Origin: Candidatus Shapirobacteria bacterium
GTDB taxonomy: Bacteria > Patescibacteriota > Microgenomatia > UBA12405
Length of the DNA stretch: 64,000 bases
Assembly (NCBI GenBank): GCA_041663285.1
Contig: JBAZSP010000001.1
Span: 81,838-145,837, forward strand
Direction of reading: 5' to 3'
The notes beneath the pieces are model-generated. The model was not told the DNA's origin and ran no database searches. It saw nothing but the letters and a program-made list of their open reading frames with translations. The translations under genes were made by a program, and so were the position numbers. Positions 48,038 through 57,251 of the stretch are shown in pieces; the stretch's first letter is position 1; every line of letters begins with the position of its first letter.

Positions 48038-48772
48038 ATGCCCGATTTAAGCCAGCGCCAAATCAAAATTCTAAAATGCATTACCGAGGAATTTATTGAA
48101 ACAGCTTCTCCTGTCGGTTCAGAAACACTGGAAAAAAAATATAGTTTGGGGATTTCTTCAGCCACTATTAGGAACGAAATGTCAGCCCTAACCCAACTTG
48201 GATATCTTAAAAAAAGCCATCTTTCAGCCGGCCGCGGGCCGACTTCAATGGGTCTTAAGTACTACGTCCGCAATTTAATGACCCCCAAAACTCTGTCGAT
48301 CAACGAAGAGATTGGCACCAAAGAAAAAATTTGGGACTACCGTAATGAATTTCAAAAACTTCTTAAAGAGACAACCAAAGAACTTGCCAACCGTACCCGC
48401 TGCATGGCAATTTCCACTACCGACCAGGGTGACATCTACAATTACGGAGCCTCAAATTTGCTCGAGGAGCCGGAGTTCTACAATATCGACGTTACCAAGA
48501 CTGTTCTTTCCCTTATTGACAATACTACCTACTGGTTCGACATTATCAACAAAGTTAGCAGCAAAGGCCAGGACAATCGTATAATTCATTTACTAATCGG
48601 CGAGGACTTGGGAATGGAGCATCTTGAACCCTGTGGTTTTGTTTACCAAACCTACGAGGCCGGGCCGCATCGCGGGATTATTGGTGTCATGGGTCCCGCC
48701 CGTTTTCATTACCAAAGGGTTATCCCCCTGGTCGATTATCTGGCGGAGCTCGTCTCTACAATTACCCGTTAA
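48038..48772 (+). CDS. hrcA: heat-inducible transcription repressor HrcA (short form)
   Basis: N-terminal winged-helix RQIKILKCITEEFIETASPVGSETL...ISSATIRNEMSALTQLGYL, 244 aa. Confidence 0.85.
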   Translation: MPDLSQRQIKILKCITEEFIETASPVGSETLEKKYSLGISSATIRNEMSALTQLGYLKKSHLSAGRGPTSMGLKYYVRNLMTPKTLSINEEIGTKEKIWDYRNEFQKLLKETTKELANRTRCMAISTTDQGDIYNYGASNLLEEPEFYNIDVTKTVLSLIDNTTYWFDIINKVSSKGQDNRIIHLLIGEDLGMEHLEPCGFVYQTYEAGPHRGIIGVMGPARFHYQRVIPLVDYLAELVSTITR

Positions 48773-48789
48773 CCGACTGCTTTTTTATT

Positions 48790-49302
48790 ATGAAAATTGT
48801 AAAAAAACCGGCCGTTGATATTTCAGCCGGCTCAAGTCAAAAAATAAAAGAATTGGAAAGTCGGGCAGCCGAACTGGAAGAGAGCTGGAAACGTTCTCTG
48901 GCCGACTATGCCAACCTGGAAAAAAGAATTGAATCCCAACGCCAGATTTACGCCACTTTGGCGTCGGTTTCGATTATATCTAAAATGATAGAGGTTCTTG
49001 ATGATTTATTGTTAGCCCACACACACCTCGAAGACCAAGGATTACAAATGACCATTAATAAATTTTTATCGGTCCTCAAGTCAGAAGGGTTGGAAGAAAT
49101 CAATGTCAAGGTTGGTGACCAGTTTGATCCTCTCACGATGGAGTGTGTAGAAGCCGCTTCGGGTGAAAAAGACATGGTGATGACCGTAAAGCGAAAAGGT
49201 TACTCTTTAAATAGCCAGTGCCTTCGTCCGGCTCAGGTAGTTGTCGGTCGGGGAGATACCGCTATTCCGGCCTCGTCTCCTTCCGGCACTGCCGTATCTT
49301 AA
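48790..49302 (+). CDS. grpE: nucleotide exchange factor GrpE
   Basis: Coiled-coil N-terminus (ELESRAAELEESWKRSLADYANLEKR) and C-terminal beta-domain; operon position between hrcA and dnaK. Confidence 0.8.
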   Translation: MKIVKKPAVDISAGSSQKIKELESRAAELEESWKRSLADYANLEKRIESQRQIYATLASVSIISKMIEVLDDLLLAHTHLEDQGLQMTINKFLSVLKSEGLEEINVKVGDQFDPLTMECVEAASGEKDMVMTVKRKGYSLNSQCLRPAQVVVGRGDTAIPASSPSGTAVS

Positions 49303-49339
49303 TATTTATAAACTTTTTTACCGTAGCTGCTAATTTTGT

Positions 49340-49407
49340 TAAACAACAAATTAAACATTAGAAATTTATTAGAAATTATAAATTTTAAATTAGAAATTAA
49401 ATAAAAT
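49340..49407 (+). promoter_or_regulatory. AT-rich block with three ATTAGAAATT units immediately 5' of dnaK
   Basis: aaacattagaaatttattagaaattataaattttaaattagaaattaaataaaat is followed by ATG. Its 3' portion aaattttaaattagaaatta parallels aaattttgaattagaaatta before gatB. Confidence 0.5.
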
Positions 49408-51321
49408 ATGCCAAACAAAATTATCGGTATCGATCTGGGTACCACCAACTCCTGTGTTGCAGTTATGGAAGCCGGCCGGCCTAAAGTAATATTAACTTCC
49501 GAAGGCCGTAACGTCATCCCTTCTGTGGTCGAGCCAGTCAAAGGCCTGGTTGGTGATTTAGCTAAAAGGCAAATGGTTTTAAACCCGACCAATACAGTTT
49601 ATAGTGTTAAGCGCCTTATGGGGCGTCGTATTGATGACGCTGAAGTCAAAAAAACCCAAAAAATTTCCTCATACAAGATTGTTGCCGGCAAAGACAATAT
49701 GGCAGCTGTTGAAATCAATGGGAAAATTTTTACCCCTCAGGAAATTTCGGCCAAGATACTTCAAAAAGCCAAGGCCGACGCCGAAAGGTATTTAGGTGAA
49801 AAAATAACTGATGCCGTCATCACCGTCCCGGCCTACTTTGACGATTCCCAGCGTCAGGCCACCAAACAGGCTGGCGAAATCGCCGGTTTGACTGTAAAAA
49901 GAATTGTTAACGAGCCAACCGCCGCCTCATTGGCCTACGGCTTAGACAAAAAGAAGAAAGGAATTATTGCTGTCTATGACCTAGGTGGAGGTACCTTTGA
50001 CATCTCTGTCTTGGAAATCGGTGATGGTGTTTTCGAGGTTAAAGCCACCAACGGTGATACCTTTTTAGGTGGTGATGACTTTGATCAGCGCGTCAGCTCT
50101 TGGTTGCTTGAAAAGTTCCAAAAAGAAAATGGGGTTGATCTGACCAAGGATCCTCAAGCCCTCCAAAGAGTCCGTGAGGCCGCCGAAAAAGCCAAAATTG
50201 AGCTTTCCAATGCCGTCGAGTCCGAAATTAACCTACCCTTCATTACCCAAAAAGACGGCCAGCCTCTTCATTTAACCACCAAGTTAACTCGGGCTGAACT
50301 AGAAAAAATGGTCGACGACCTTATCCAAAGTACTATCGGGCCGGTCGAAAAATGTCTCAAAGACGCCGGTGTGTCCAAGTCCGAAATCTCTGACATAGTT
50401 ATGGTCGGCGGCATGACCCGTATGCCCAAAGTGCTGGAAGTGGTCAAAGAATTTTTTGGTAAGGAGCTAAATACTACCGTAAATCCGGACGAAGTAGTCG
50501 CCATCGGCGCTGCTGTCCAGGGGGCTGTCCTTACCGGTGAAGTTAAAGACATAGTTCTGCTTGATGTTACCCCCTTAACTCTCGGCATCGAAACGGCCGG
50601 TGGTATCAAAACGCCTTTAATTGATCGGAATACTACTGTTCCCACCAAAAAATCGCAAGTTTTTAGCACCTATTCCGACAATCAGCCTCAGGTAGAAATC
50701 AACATACTCCAGGGTGAACGTCCCATGGCCACCGACAACAAGTCGCTTGGCCGCTTTGTCCTCGACGGCATTCCCCCTTCCCCCCGCGGTATTCCCCAAA
50801 TCGAAGTCACCTTCGATATCGATAGTAATGGAATTTTAAATGTCACTGCCAAAGACAAAGGCACCAATAAAGAACAAAAAATATCTATCCAAAACGCCAC
50901 TAACCTGACCAAAGACGAAGTTGAAAAAATGAAGCAGGAGGCCGATGTCCATGCCCGGGAAGATCAGGAAAAGCACGATCTGGCCGAAAGTAAAAACAAG
51001 CTGGACGCGGTGATTTTTCAGGGTGAGAAGTCATTGAAGGAGTTCGGCTCTAAATTAAAAGCCGAAGATAAAGCCAAGGTTGAGGAAAAGCTTAAATCCA
51101 GCAAGGATGTCTTGACCAAGGCAGATGCCAAAAAAGACGATTTCGACAAGACCGCTGAAGAATTAACTCAAATTCTACAAACCATTGGCGCTGCGATGTA
51201 TCAGTCAGAGCCGCCCAAAACTGCAGAAGGCCAGCAAGGTCAGGAGCCACCCCAGCCGGAAGAAGGTAAAGACACCAAAAAATCCGACAAAGACGCCGAA
51301 GAAGGGGAGATTGTAAAATAA
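49408..51321 (+). CDS. dnaK: molecular chaperone DnaK (Hsp70)
   Basis: [30 protein letters not shown], and a C-terminal EEGEIVK tail; 637 aa. Confidence 0.95.
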   Translation: MPNKIIGIDLGTTNSCVAVMEAGRPKVILTSEGRNVIPSVVEPVKGLVGDLAKRQMVLNPTNTVYSVKRLMGRRIDDAEVKKTQKISSYKIVAGKDNMAAVEINGKIFTPQEISAKILQKAKADAERYLGEKITDAVITVPAYFDDSQRQATKQAGEIAGLTVKRIVNEPTAASLAYGLDKKKKGIIAVYDLGGGTFDISVLEIGDGVFEVKATNGDTFLGGDDFDQRVSSWLLEKFQKENGVDLTKDPQALQRVREAAEKAKIELSNAVESEINLPFITQKDGQPLHLTTKLTRAELEKMVDDLIQSTIGPVEKCLKDAGVSKSEISDIVMVGGMTRMPKVLEVVKEFFGKELNTTVNPDEVVAIGAAVQGAVLTGEVKDIVLLDVTPLTLGIETAGGIKTPLIDRNTTVPTKKSQVFSTYSDNQPQVEINILQGERPMATDNKSLGRFVLDGIPPSPRGIPQIEVTFDIDSNGILNVTAKDKGTNKEQKISIQNATNLTKDEVEKMKQEADVHAREDQEKHDLAESKNKLDAVIFQGEKSLKEFGSKLKAEDKAKVEEKLKSSKDVLTKADAKKDDFDKTAEELTQILQTIGAAMYQSEPPKTAEGQQGQEPPQPEEGKDTKKSDKDAEEGEIVK

Positions 51322-51322
51322 A
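51296..51322 (+). repeat. direct repeat copy 1 (27 bp) = last codons and stop of dnaK
   Basis: ccgaagaaggggagattgtaaaataaa is identical to 51839-51865. Confidence 0.9.
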
Positions 51323-51345
51323 TATAATTAATTATTAAAACAAAG

Positions 51346-51798
51346 ATGAACAGAGCAGTCGAAAAAGATGCTGGATATTCTCCAGGCCCTTACTGGGAAG
51401 ATCTTGGCAGACTTAAACCGCAAGTTACAGATAGCATTAGAAAAATAAACCGAAATAAAATTAGCGATCCGGGTCTTTGCCCTACGGGATTATTTTATGA
51501 ACATGCCCAAGGAGAACAAGTCGATAGTACCGGACGTGCACTAGTTGCTGTTGCTCAAGGTGGTTTATTACATGCTGCTCTATCCGAAAGACTTCCCGTT
51601 GTTCGCCTGGCGGTTTTTCACTTGGCTGGGGTTGGTACTGATGAAAGGCATGTTACCTTGGTTACTTTCTACACTGATACTAATAACCCAGCTACTTTAA
51701 AAACGCTGCAACAAGAACTTAAGGGGGCAACCGGTACGGTGAACGCCCAAATCAAGAGTCTAGGTGGCAGTAAGTTAGTACCGTATCCTGGTAATTAA
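51346..51798 (+). CDS. hypothetical protein (150 aa) carried on the dnaK-dnaJ insertion
   Basis: Intact ORF with no recognisable motif. Codon choice (gct, gtt, tta, ggt, cta) visibly differs from the C-ending codon preference of neighbouring genes. Confidence 0.4.
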   Translation: MNRAVEKDAGYSPGPYWEDLGRLKPQVTDSIRKINRNKISDPGLCPTGLFYEHAQGEQVDSTGRALVAVAQGGLLHAALSERLPVVRLAVFHLAGVGTDERHVTLVTFYTDTNNPATLKTLQQELKGATGTVNAQIKSLGGSKLVPYPGN

Positions 51799-51838
51799 GA
51801 CAGTTAACTAACATATCATTTATACCTCATTCGACGTA

Positions 51839-51865
51839 CCGAAGAAGGGGAGATTGTAAAATAAA
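51839..51865 (+). repeat. direct repeat copy 2 (27 bp), exact duplicate of the dnaK 3' end
   Basis: ccgaagaaggggagattgtaaaataaa; the flank gacg...ccgaag is also shared with copy 1. Confidence 0.9.
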
Positions 51866-51902
51866 ACTTAATGACGCATAATCATGTGTCTTTTTGTTAA
51901 GT

Positions 51903-51932
51903 TGTAGAGACGCCAGATCTGGCGTCTCTACA
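51903..51932. promoter_or_regulatory. perfect palindrome with 13-bp arms and a 4-nt centre (tgtagagacgcca-gatc-tggcgtctctaca), 20 nt upstream of dnaJ
   Basis: Exact reverse-complement arms 51903-51915 and 51920-51932. There is no downstream T-tract on either strand. Confidence 0.7.
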
Positions 51933-51952
51933 GTATAGTTATATAAAAAAAT

Positions 51953-52822
51953 ATGAAACGTGATTTTTACGAAATCCTAGGTGTGGCCAAGTCGGCTTCC
52001 AAAGACGAGGTCAAGTCCGCCTATCGAAAAAAAGCCCTTGAGTGGCACCCAGACCGGAATAAATCTGCTGATGCCGAGGAAAAATTCAAAGAAATCAATG
52101 AGGCTTACGAGGTTCTTTCAAATGACCAAAAAAAATCAGCTTACGACCAGTATGGCCATGCTGCTTTCGATCCGGGCTCCGCTGGCCCTTTTGGCGGTCA
52201 CACTTACACCTCCCGAAACGGCTCTTCCAATTTTACCTGGACCAGTTCCGGTGGCCAGAATCCCTTTGGCGACGAAAACGGTTTCGATTTTGGTGGTTTC
52301 AGTAATCCCTTTGATATTTTTGAACAAATATTCGGCACCAGCTTTAACTCCTCCTCCCACCGTAGCCAACGCTTACCGACATACAAACTGCAGCTAAGCT
52401 TTTTGGAAGCCGCCAACGGCGTCGAAAAAGAGATAACTATTGAAGGCAGTCACAAAAAAATCAAAATTCCCGCCGGAGTTGACGATGGCCAAAGGATAAG
52501 GTTCTCCGATTTTATTCTCTACATCGACGTTATGCCCGACAATACCTTCAAGCGTGAAGGCAACGATGTTTTTGTTAATGTCGACATTACTGTTACCCAA
52601 GCCATTATGGGCAGTGAAATCGAAGTCCCCACCATTAGTCAACCGGTAAAAATCCGGGTTAAACCGGGCACTCAGCCAAACACCCTGGTTCGCCTTCGCC
52701 ATCAGGGAATAAAAGATGTTAATGGCTACGGGGTTGGTGATCTATATATCCGTTTGAGTGTGATTATCCCCGCCAAGCTCACCGCTCGGCAAAAAGAGCT
52801 TCTTAAAGAGTTGGGGATATAA
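51953..52822 (+). CDS. dnaJ: J-domain co-chaperone, DnaJ/CbpA type without the Cys-rich zinc-finger region
   Basis: J-domain DFYEILGV...[13 protein letters not shown] with HPD, a G/F-rich region and C-terminal substrate-binding domains; no CxxCxGxG repeats; 289 aa. Confidence 0.8.
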   Translation: MKRDFYEILGVAKSASKDEVKSAYRKKALEWHPDRNKSADAEEKFKEINEAYEVLSNDQKKSAYDQYGHAAFDPGSAGPFGGHTYTSRNGSSNFTWTSSGGQNPFGDENGFDFGGFSNPFDIFEQIFGTSFNSSSHRSQRLPTYKLQLSFLEAANGVEKEITIEGSHKKIKIPAGVDDGQRIRFSDFILYIDVMPDNTFKREGNDVFVNVDITVTQAIMGSEIEVPTISQPVKIRVKPGTQPNTLVRLRHQGIKDVNGYGVGDLYIRLSVIIPAKLTARQKELLKELGI

Positions 52823-53114
52823 TAACTCTCTGGAAAAACGCTCTCGTCGAAGGTCTGCACCAGATATACCACAAAACAGGCAAATAATGGTCAAAACCTA
52901 TTGCGTCCAGTCATCGGCCATCTGGCTTTAGAGTCTATCAATGAATCCGACTTAATTAACCAAAAACGGTCAACGTAAACTACTTCACCCGATTGCGGTA
53001 ATAAGTTTAACTTTAGCGGTCTTTTTTCTGTTATAATATTTGCGGAAATTAAATAGTGTTTTTGGAATGGGGCGAGCATCCGTCCCCATTTTTATTAACA
53101 CCTAAAGGACAATT

Positions 53115-54107
53115 ATGGATCTAAAAAAATTACCGAAAACCGAATTCGCCGCCGCCGTGGCTCAAATTGCCGGCGAGCGCAATATTGACGTCCAATCAAT
53201 CCTGGATTCAATTGAGCTGGGTTTAATTTCGGCCTATAAACGCGATCAAAAAGAGCATGGAGTCACCATCCCTGAAGAAGATAATTTTACTGTTGAATTA
53301 ACCCCGGAAACCGGCTCTTTCAAAGTTTACCGCTTAGACGAAGACGGTAAAAAAACCGACGTTACTCCTCCAGGTTTTGGCCGGATTGCCGCTCAAACTG
53401 CTAAGCAGGTTATCGATCAAAAAATCCACGAAGCCGAAAAAGAAACTCTCATCTCTGATTATCGCAAAAGGCTGGGGACGCTTACTTCCGGCACCGTCCT
53501 TAAAGTTGATCCATACAAAATAACCGTTGGTATAGGCAAAACAGAAGGTGTGTGTCCCAAAGATGAGCAAATCAGGGGTGAAACCTTGATCTTAGGTGGA
53601 CGGAAACTTTTCTTAATCAAAACTATAGCCCAAGATGAGTTAGGCCGTTCCGATATTATTCTAAGCCGCCGGGACCCCGAGTTCATTAAGCAGCTTTTGG
53701 CTAGGGAAGTACCCGAAGTTGGTAACCATTCGGTAAACGTCGAAGTCATCGCTCGGACTGCCGGCGAGAGAACCAAAATTGCTGTCTCCTCCAGCCAGCC
53801 TGGCATTGATCCGGTCGGATCCTGTATCGGCCAAAAAGGTACCCGGATTCAATCTGTTTTAAACGAGCTGCCTCAAAGCGAAAAAGTAGACGTCGTTCCT
53901 TATTCTAAAAATCTTAATCAATTTATTGTTCAGGCCTTATCTCCGGCCAATAATGCTAAAGTTGTTGACATTGGTGATGGAGTTGCCACTGTTTCTGTCC
54001 CGGAAGATCAGTTAGCTCTGGCAATTGGTTCAGGCGGAGAAAATGTACGCTTGGCAGGGGAGCTGGTTGGTTTAGAGATAAAAGTGATCTCCGAAACCAA
54101 AAAATAA
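53115..54107 (+). CDS. nusA: transcription termination/antitermination factor NusA (short, no AR domains)
   Basis: N-terminal domain, an S1 domain (GTVLKVDPYKITVGIGK) and two KH domains (GSCIGQKGTRIQ and AIGSGGENVRLA), 330 aa. Confidence 0.9.
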   Translation: MDLKKLPKTEFAAAVAQIAGERNIDVQSILDSIELGLISAYKRDQKEHGVTIPEEDNFTVELTPETGSFKVYRLDEDGKKTDVTPPGFGRIAAQTAKQVIDQKIHEAEKETLISDYRKRLGTLTSGTVLKVDPYKITVGIGKTEGVCPKDEQIRGETLILGGRKLFLIKTIAQDELGRSDIILSRRDPEFIKQLLAREVPEVGNHSVNVEVIARTAGERTKIAVSSSQPGIDPVGSCIGQKGTRIQSVLNELPQSEKVDVVPYSKNLNQFIVQALSPANNAKVVDIGDGVATVSVPEDQLALAIGSGGENVRLAGELVGLEIKVISETKK

Positions 54108-54138
54108 ACCGGCATTAGTATTTTTTATACTCTATTAT

Positions 54139-55586
54139 ATGGCTAAATCGGATAAAAATATTACCTATCGCCCGCCCATAGTTACTATAATGGGGCATAT
54201 TGATCACGGCAAAACGACTCTTCTTGATAAAATCCGTAGTACTTCAGTCTGGGCCAAAGAAGCCGGCGGCATAACCCAGCATATCAGCGCCTACCAGGCA
54301 AAAGTGCAATTAGCTCAAGGCCAAACATCCGTCATCACCTTTATCGATACCCCTGGCCATGCCGCCTTTTGCCAAATGCGGACTCGCGGAGTTCAGGTAA
54401 CCGATATTGTAATTCTGGTTATTTCGGCCGTAGATGGAATAATGGCCCAAACCAAAGAATGTATCGATATTATCAAGAAAGCCAACCTGCCGTTTATCGT
54501 TGCCATTAACAAGATCGATCTTCCCGGTGCCAATTTGGATAAGGTAAAAGGCCAGCTGGTAGAGCTTGGGTTTACCCCCGAAGACTATGGCGGTCAATTA
54601 GCCTGTATTCCGGTTTCCGCCAAGACTGGCGAAGGCATCCCCAAACTTTTAGAGATGGTAATTTTAAATGCCGAACTTTTAGAGTTACAGCTTGAAGAAA
54701 ATGCTCCGTTTGAGGGGATAGTAATTGAGTCCCGGGTTGACAAAAACCGTGGTCCGGTAGCTGTCATGGTGGTTAAAAAGGGAATTATAAATATTGGCGA
54801 TACCATATTTTATGGTGAAGCGCCGGTAAAGATTAAAGCCATGATTGATTATCAAGGCCAGAACATTCCGTCCGCTGGCCCCAGTGTCCCCGTCGAAATT
54901 CTTGGATTTAGCCAGGCACCTCTGGCCGGTGGTTTGCTTACAGCTTCCCCGGTTGTACCGAACCCGGCTTTGTCCCTTTCTGTCACCTCTAAAGCCCATA
55001 CTCCCGGCCAGCCCCAACTCCCCATTATTTTAAAAGCTGATGTTGGGGTACCCTTGAAGCTATCCTCGGTTGCCTGCCCGACGATGTTCTAATTATCGCT
55101 TCCGGGATTGGGCCGGTTACTGATAACGACATTTTCTTAGCCCAAACATCCCAAGCCGAAATCTTTGCCTTCAATATATCGGTTCCCAAAAACGTCAAAA
55201 CTCTGGCCCAAAACAGCCAAGTGAAGATTTTTGATTCCAAGATTATTTATGAAATTATCGACAATATTCAGGGCCAAGTTTTAAAGCTTCTGGAGCCGAC
55301 TATCAACGAGACTGTTTTGGGTGAGGCGGGTATTAAAGCCGAATTTAAGATCGAAAAAAACCGGATTGCCGGGGTTCAGGTGACCAAAGGTGAGCTTGCC
55401 AAGGGTGACCAAGTTCATCTGCAGCGGGCTGGAAAAATAATCAAGGATACCCGGATTGAAGGTATCCACCAAGCCAAATCCGTTGTCGACAAGGTTAAGA
55501 TGGGGATGGACGGTGGTATGACTTTTAAGCCTTATGTTGATTTTAAAATTAATGATGTTATAATAGCCTATAAGAGTGACGATTAG
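54139..55586 (+). CDS. infB: translation initiation factor IF-2, short form lacking the N-terminal extension; reading frame broken at a GGGG run near 55045 (frameshift or sequencing error)
   Basis: G-domain IVTIMGHIDHGKTTLLDKIR, DTPGHAAF, NKIDL in ORF 54139-55092. The collinear continuation ...GTLEAILGCLPDDVLIIASGIGPVTDNDIFLAQTS... and the C-terminal beta-barrel (ORF 55221-55586) lie in the frame shifted by one nucleotide, starting at 55047. Confidence 0.8.
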
Positions 55587-55588
55587 TT

Positions 55589-56452
55589 ATGAACAGGACC
55601 AACACTAGTCAACTTGAACCAAGTAAGGTTAGCCTGTTTGTAAATACTCAAAATATGAAAAATTATAATGTCGGTCAAATCAAAAACCTCTTAGGGAATG
55701 TCAAAACCGCACTGGTGGTAATTCCCCAAATGAGTGTTGATAGTATTGGCGCCGGACTAGCCTTAGCCTTAGCTTTAAAAAAGAAAAATATTGAGACTAA
55801 AGTATATTGCCCCCAAAAAACCGACAATAATTATTCTAAATTGAGTGGCTTGGAACTGCTCACCGATGTCGTCAGTGCCAATAATCTGACGGTTTCATTG
55901 AACTATCCCCTCGACCAGATTGAAGCTGTTTCCTATAACGACGATGGAGGCCGGTTAAATCTGGTTGTCAAAACCAAAACTAACTCGCCCAAAATCAACG
56001 AAGACCAAATTTCGGTAAATAACCAGTCGGCTTCAGCCGATCTCTGCTTTATGTTGGGTGACGAAACCGCCCTTGGTCCGTCTGCCAACATTACCGAAAA
56101 GGGTAACTGGATCTTCATTTCTCCGGTTAGCATCAACAAAGCCTGGGCCAAGACCAGCGTCATTGACCCCGATGCTCCTTTTTCCGAAATTTTTACTTTT
56201 CTTTTGCCCATGTCAGGCCTTCAGCTTGATCCTGATTCCGGCAAGAATTTACTTATCGGTCTACGGGTTGCCACCCAGTCTTTTTCGGTCAATGTCTCCC
56301 CGGAAACCTTTGAGGCCGGTGCCATCTGCTTACGGGCTACCCAGCCGGAAAATCCTCCGATTCCCGCCGAAGTCACTCCAATCGAAAGTGTCGAAAAATC
56401 CGGTTCTTTTGTACCAGGTTCCAACAAACCCAATCCCATGGGCGTAAATTAA
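55589..56452 (+). CDS. hypothetical protein, possibly a degenerate DHH-family (NrnA-like) homologue
   Basis: Occupies the rbfA/nrnA/truB position between infB and rpsO. The segment ALVVIPQMSVDSIGAGLALALALKKKNIETKVY resembles NrnA motif I-II topology (H.NPDGDA.GS.LAL...L) but lacks the DHH catalytic residues. Confidence 0.3.
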   Translation: MNRTNTSQLEPSKVSLFVNTQNMKNYNVGQIKNLLGNVKTALVVIPQMSVDSIGAGLALALALKKKNIETKVYCPQKTDNNYSKLSGLELLTDVVSANNLTVSLNYPLDQIEAVSYNDDGGRLNLVVKTKTNSPKINEDQISVNNQSASADLCFMLGDETALGPSANITEKGNWIFISPVSINKAWAKTSVIDPDAPFSEIFTFLLPMSGLQLDPDSGKNLLIGLRVATQSFSVNVSPETFEAGAICLRATQPENPPIPAEVTPIESVEKSGSFVPGSNKPNPMGVN

Positions 56453-56935
56453 GCCAGCAGGGTCGATGCTTTTCCTTACCAATCAGTTTGTTGCAGAAAA
56501 TTTGGGATTAAAAAATATTAATATTATTTTTATTATCAATTAATAAATAATTTCTATATGCCGCCCAGATATAATAGTGAGCAGCTCAGAAGGTTTTTAA
56601 CAGAAGCGCAGGTCCCCAAAGGTTGTAAATTAAAAAATCGTCCCCCAAGCAATCCCTCCTTTCAAGCCTATGGACGACGTGTTTTGGATATAGAAAACTT
56701 CGTTAGAGTTATCAAGGACACAGGAATCAGCGGAATACTAAATTGCCGAGGGCTATCTCCCCGTCAAGGTGGAGGATCTTGTGGTAGGTGTGACGTTAGA
56801 GATACCGGAGTGGTTGTAGACACGAACAAAGATAGTGATTTCTAGTTATGTTATAATCCTCTCACGCTCTTTTGCCGGTGTTTGGGTAGCCTTTCTCAAA
56901 CTTATTTTATTATTACCGGTATCAGCGACTAATTT

Positions 56936-57205
56936 ATGGCATTAACTAAAGACGAAAAGCAGGAAATAATTACTAAGTTTGCTCAAGCCAAAGGCGATAC
57001 CGGTTCTCCCGAGATTCAGGTTGCGATTCTCTCCAAGGAAGTCGAAAAGCTCCAATCCCATCTTACCGACAACAAGCATGATTCTCCGGCCAAAAGGGGT
57101 ATTTTAAGTAAAATTGCCAAAAGACGCCGGCTTCTTCGCTATTTATCTGATCATAATCCGGACCGTTACTCCAAAATCATAAAGGATCTTGGTCTGAAAA
57201 AATAA
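56936..57205 (+). CDS. rpsO: 30S ribosomal protein S15
   Basis: MALTKDEKQEIITKFA...GSPEIQVAILS...LTDNKHDSPAKRGIL..IAKRRRLLRYL, 89 aa, preceded by a TATAAT-containing leader. Confidence 0.9.
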   Translation: MALTKDEKQEIITKFAQAKGDTGSPEIQVAILSKEVEKLQSHLTDNKHDSPAKRGILSKIAKRRRLLRYLSDHNPDRYSKIIKDLGLKK

Positions 57206-57251
57206 TGTTCGGGTTGTCTATAATCTATTAGTTTAATCGTTTTCTATTTTC

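Noticed and set aside
49303-49407. Expected second CIRCE element in front of dnaK
   Set aside because: No TTAGCACTC/GAGTGCTAA half-sites present; the region instead contains the ATTAGAAATT repeats reported separately.
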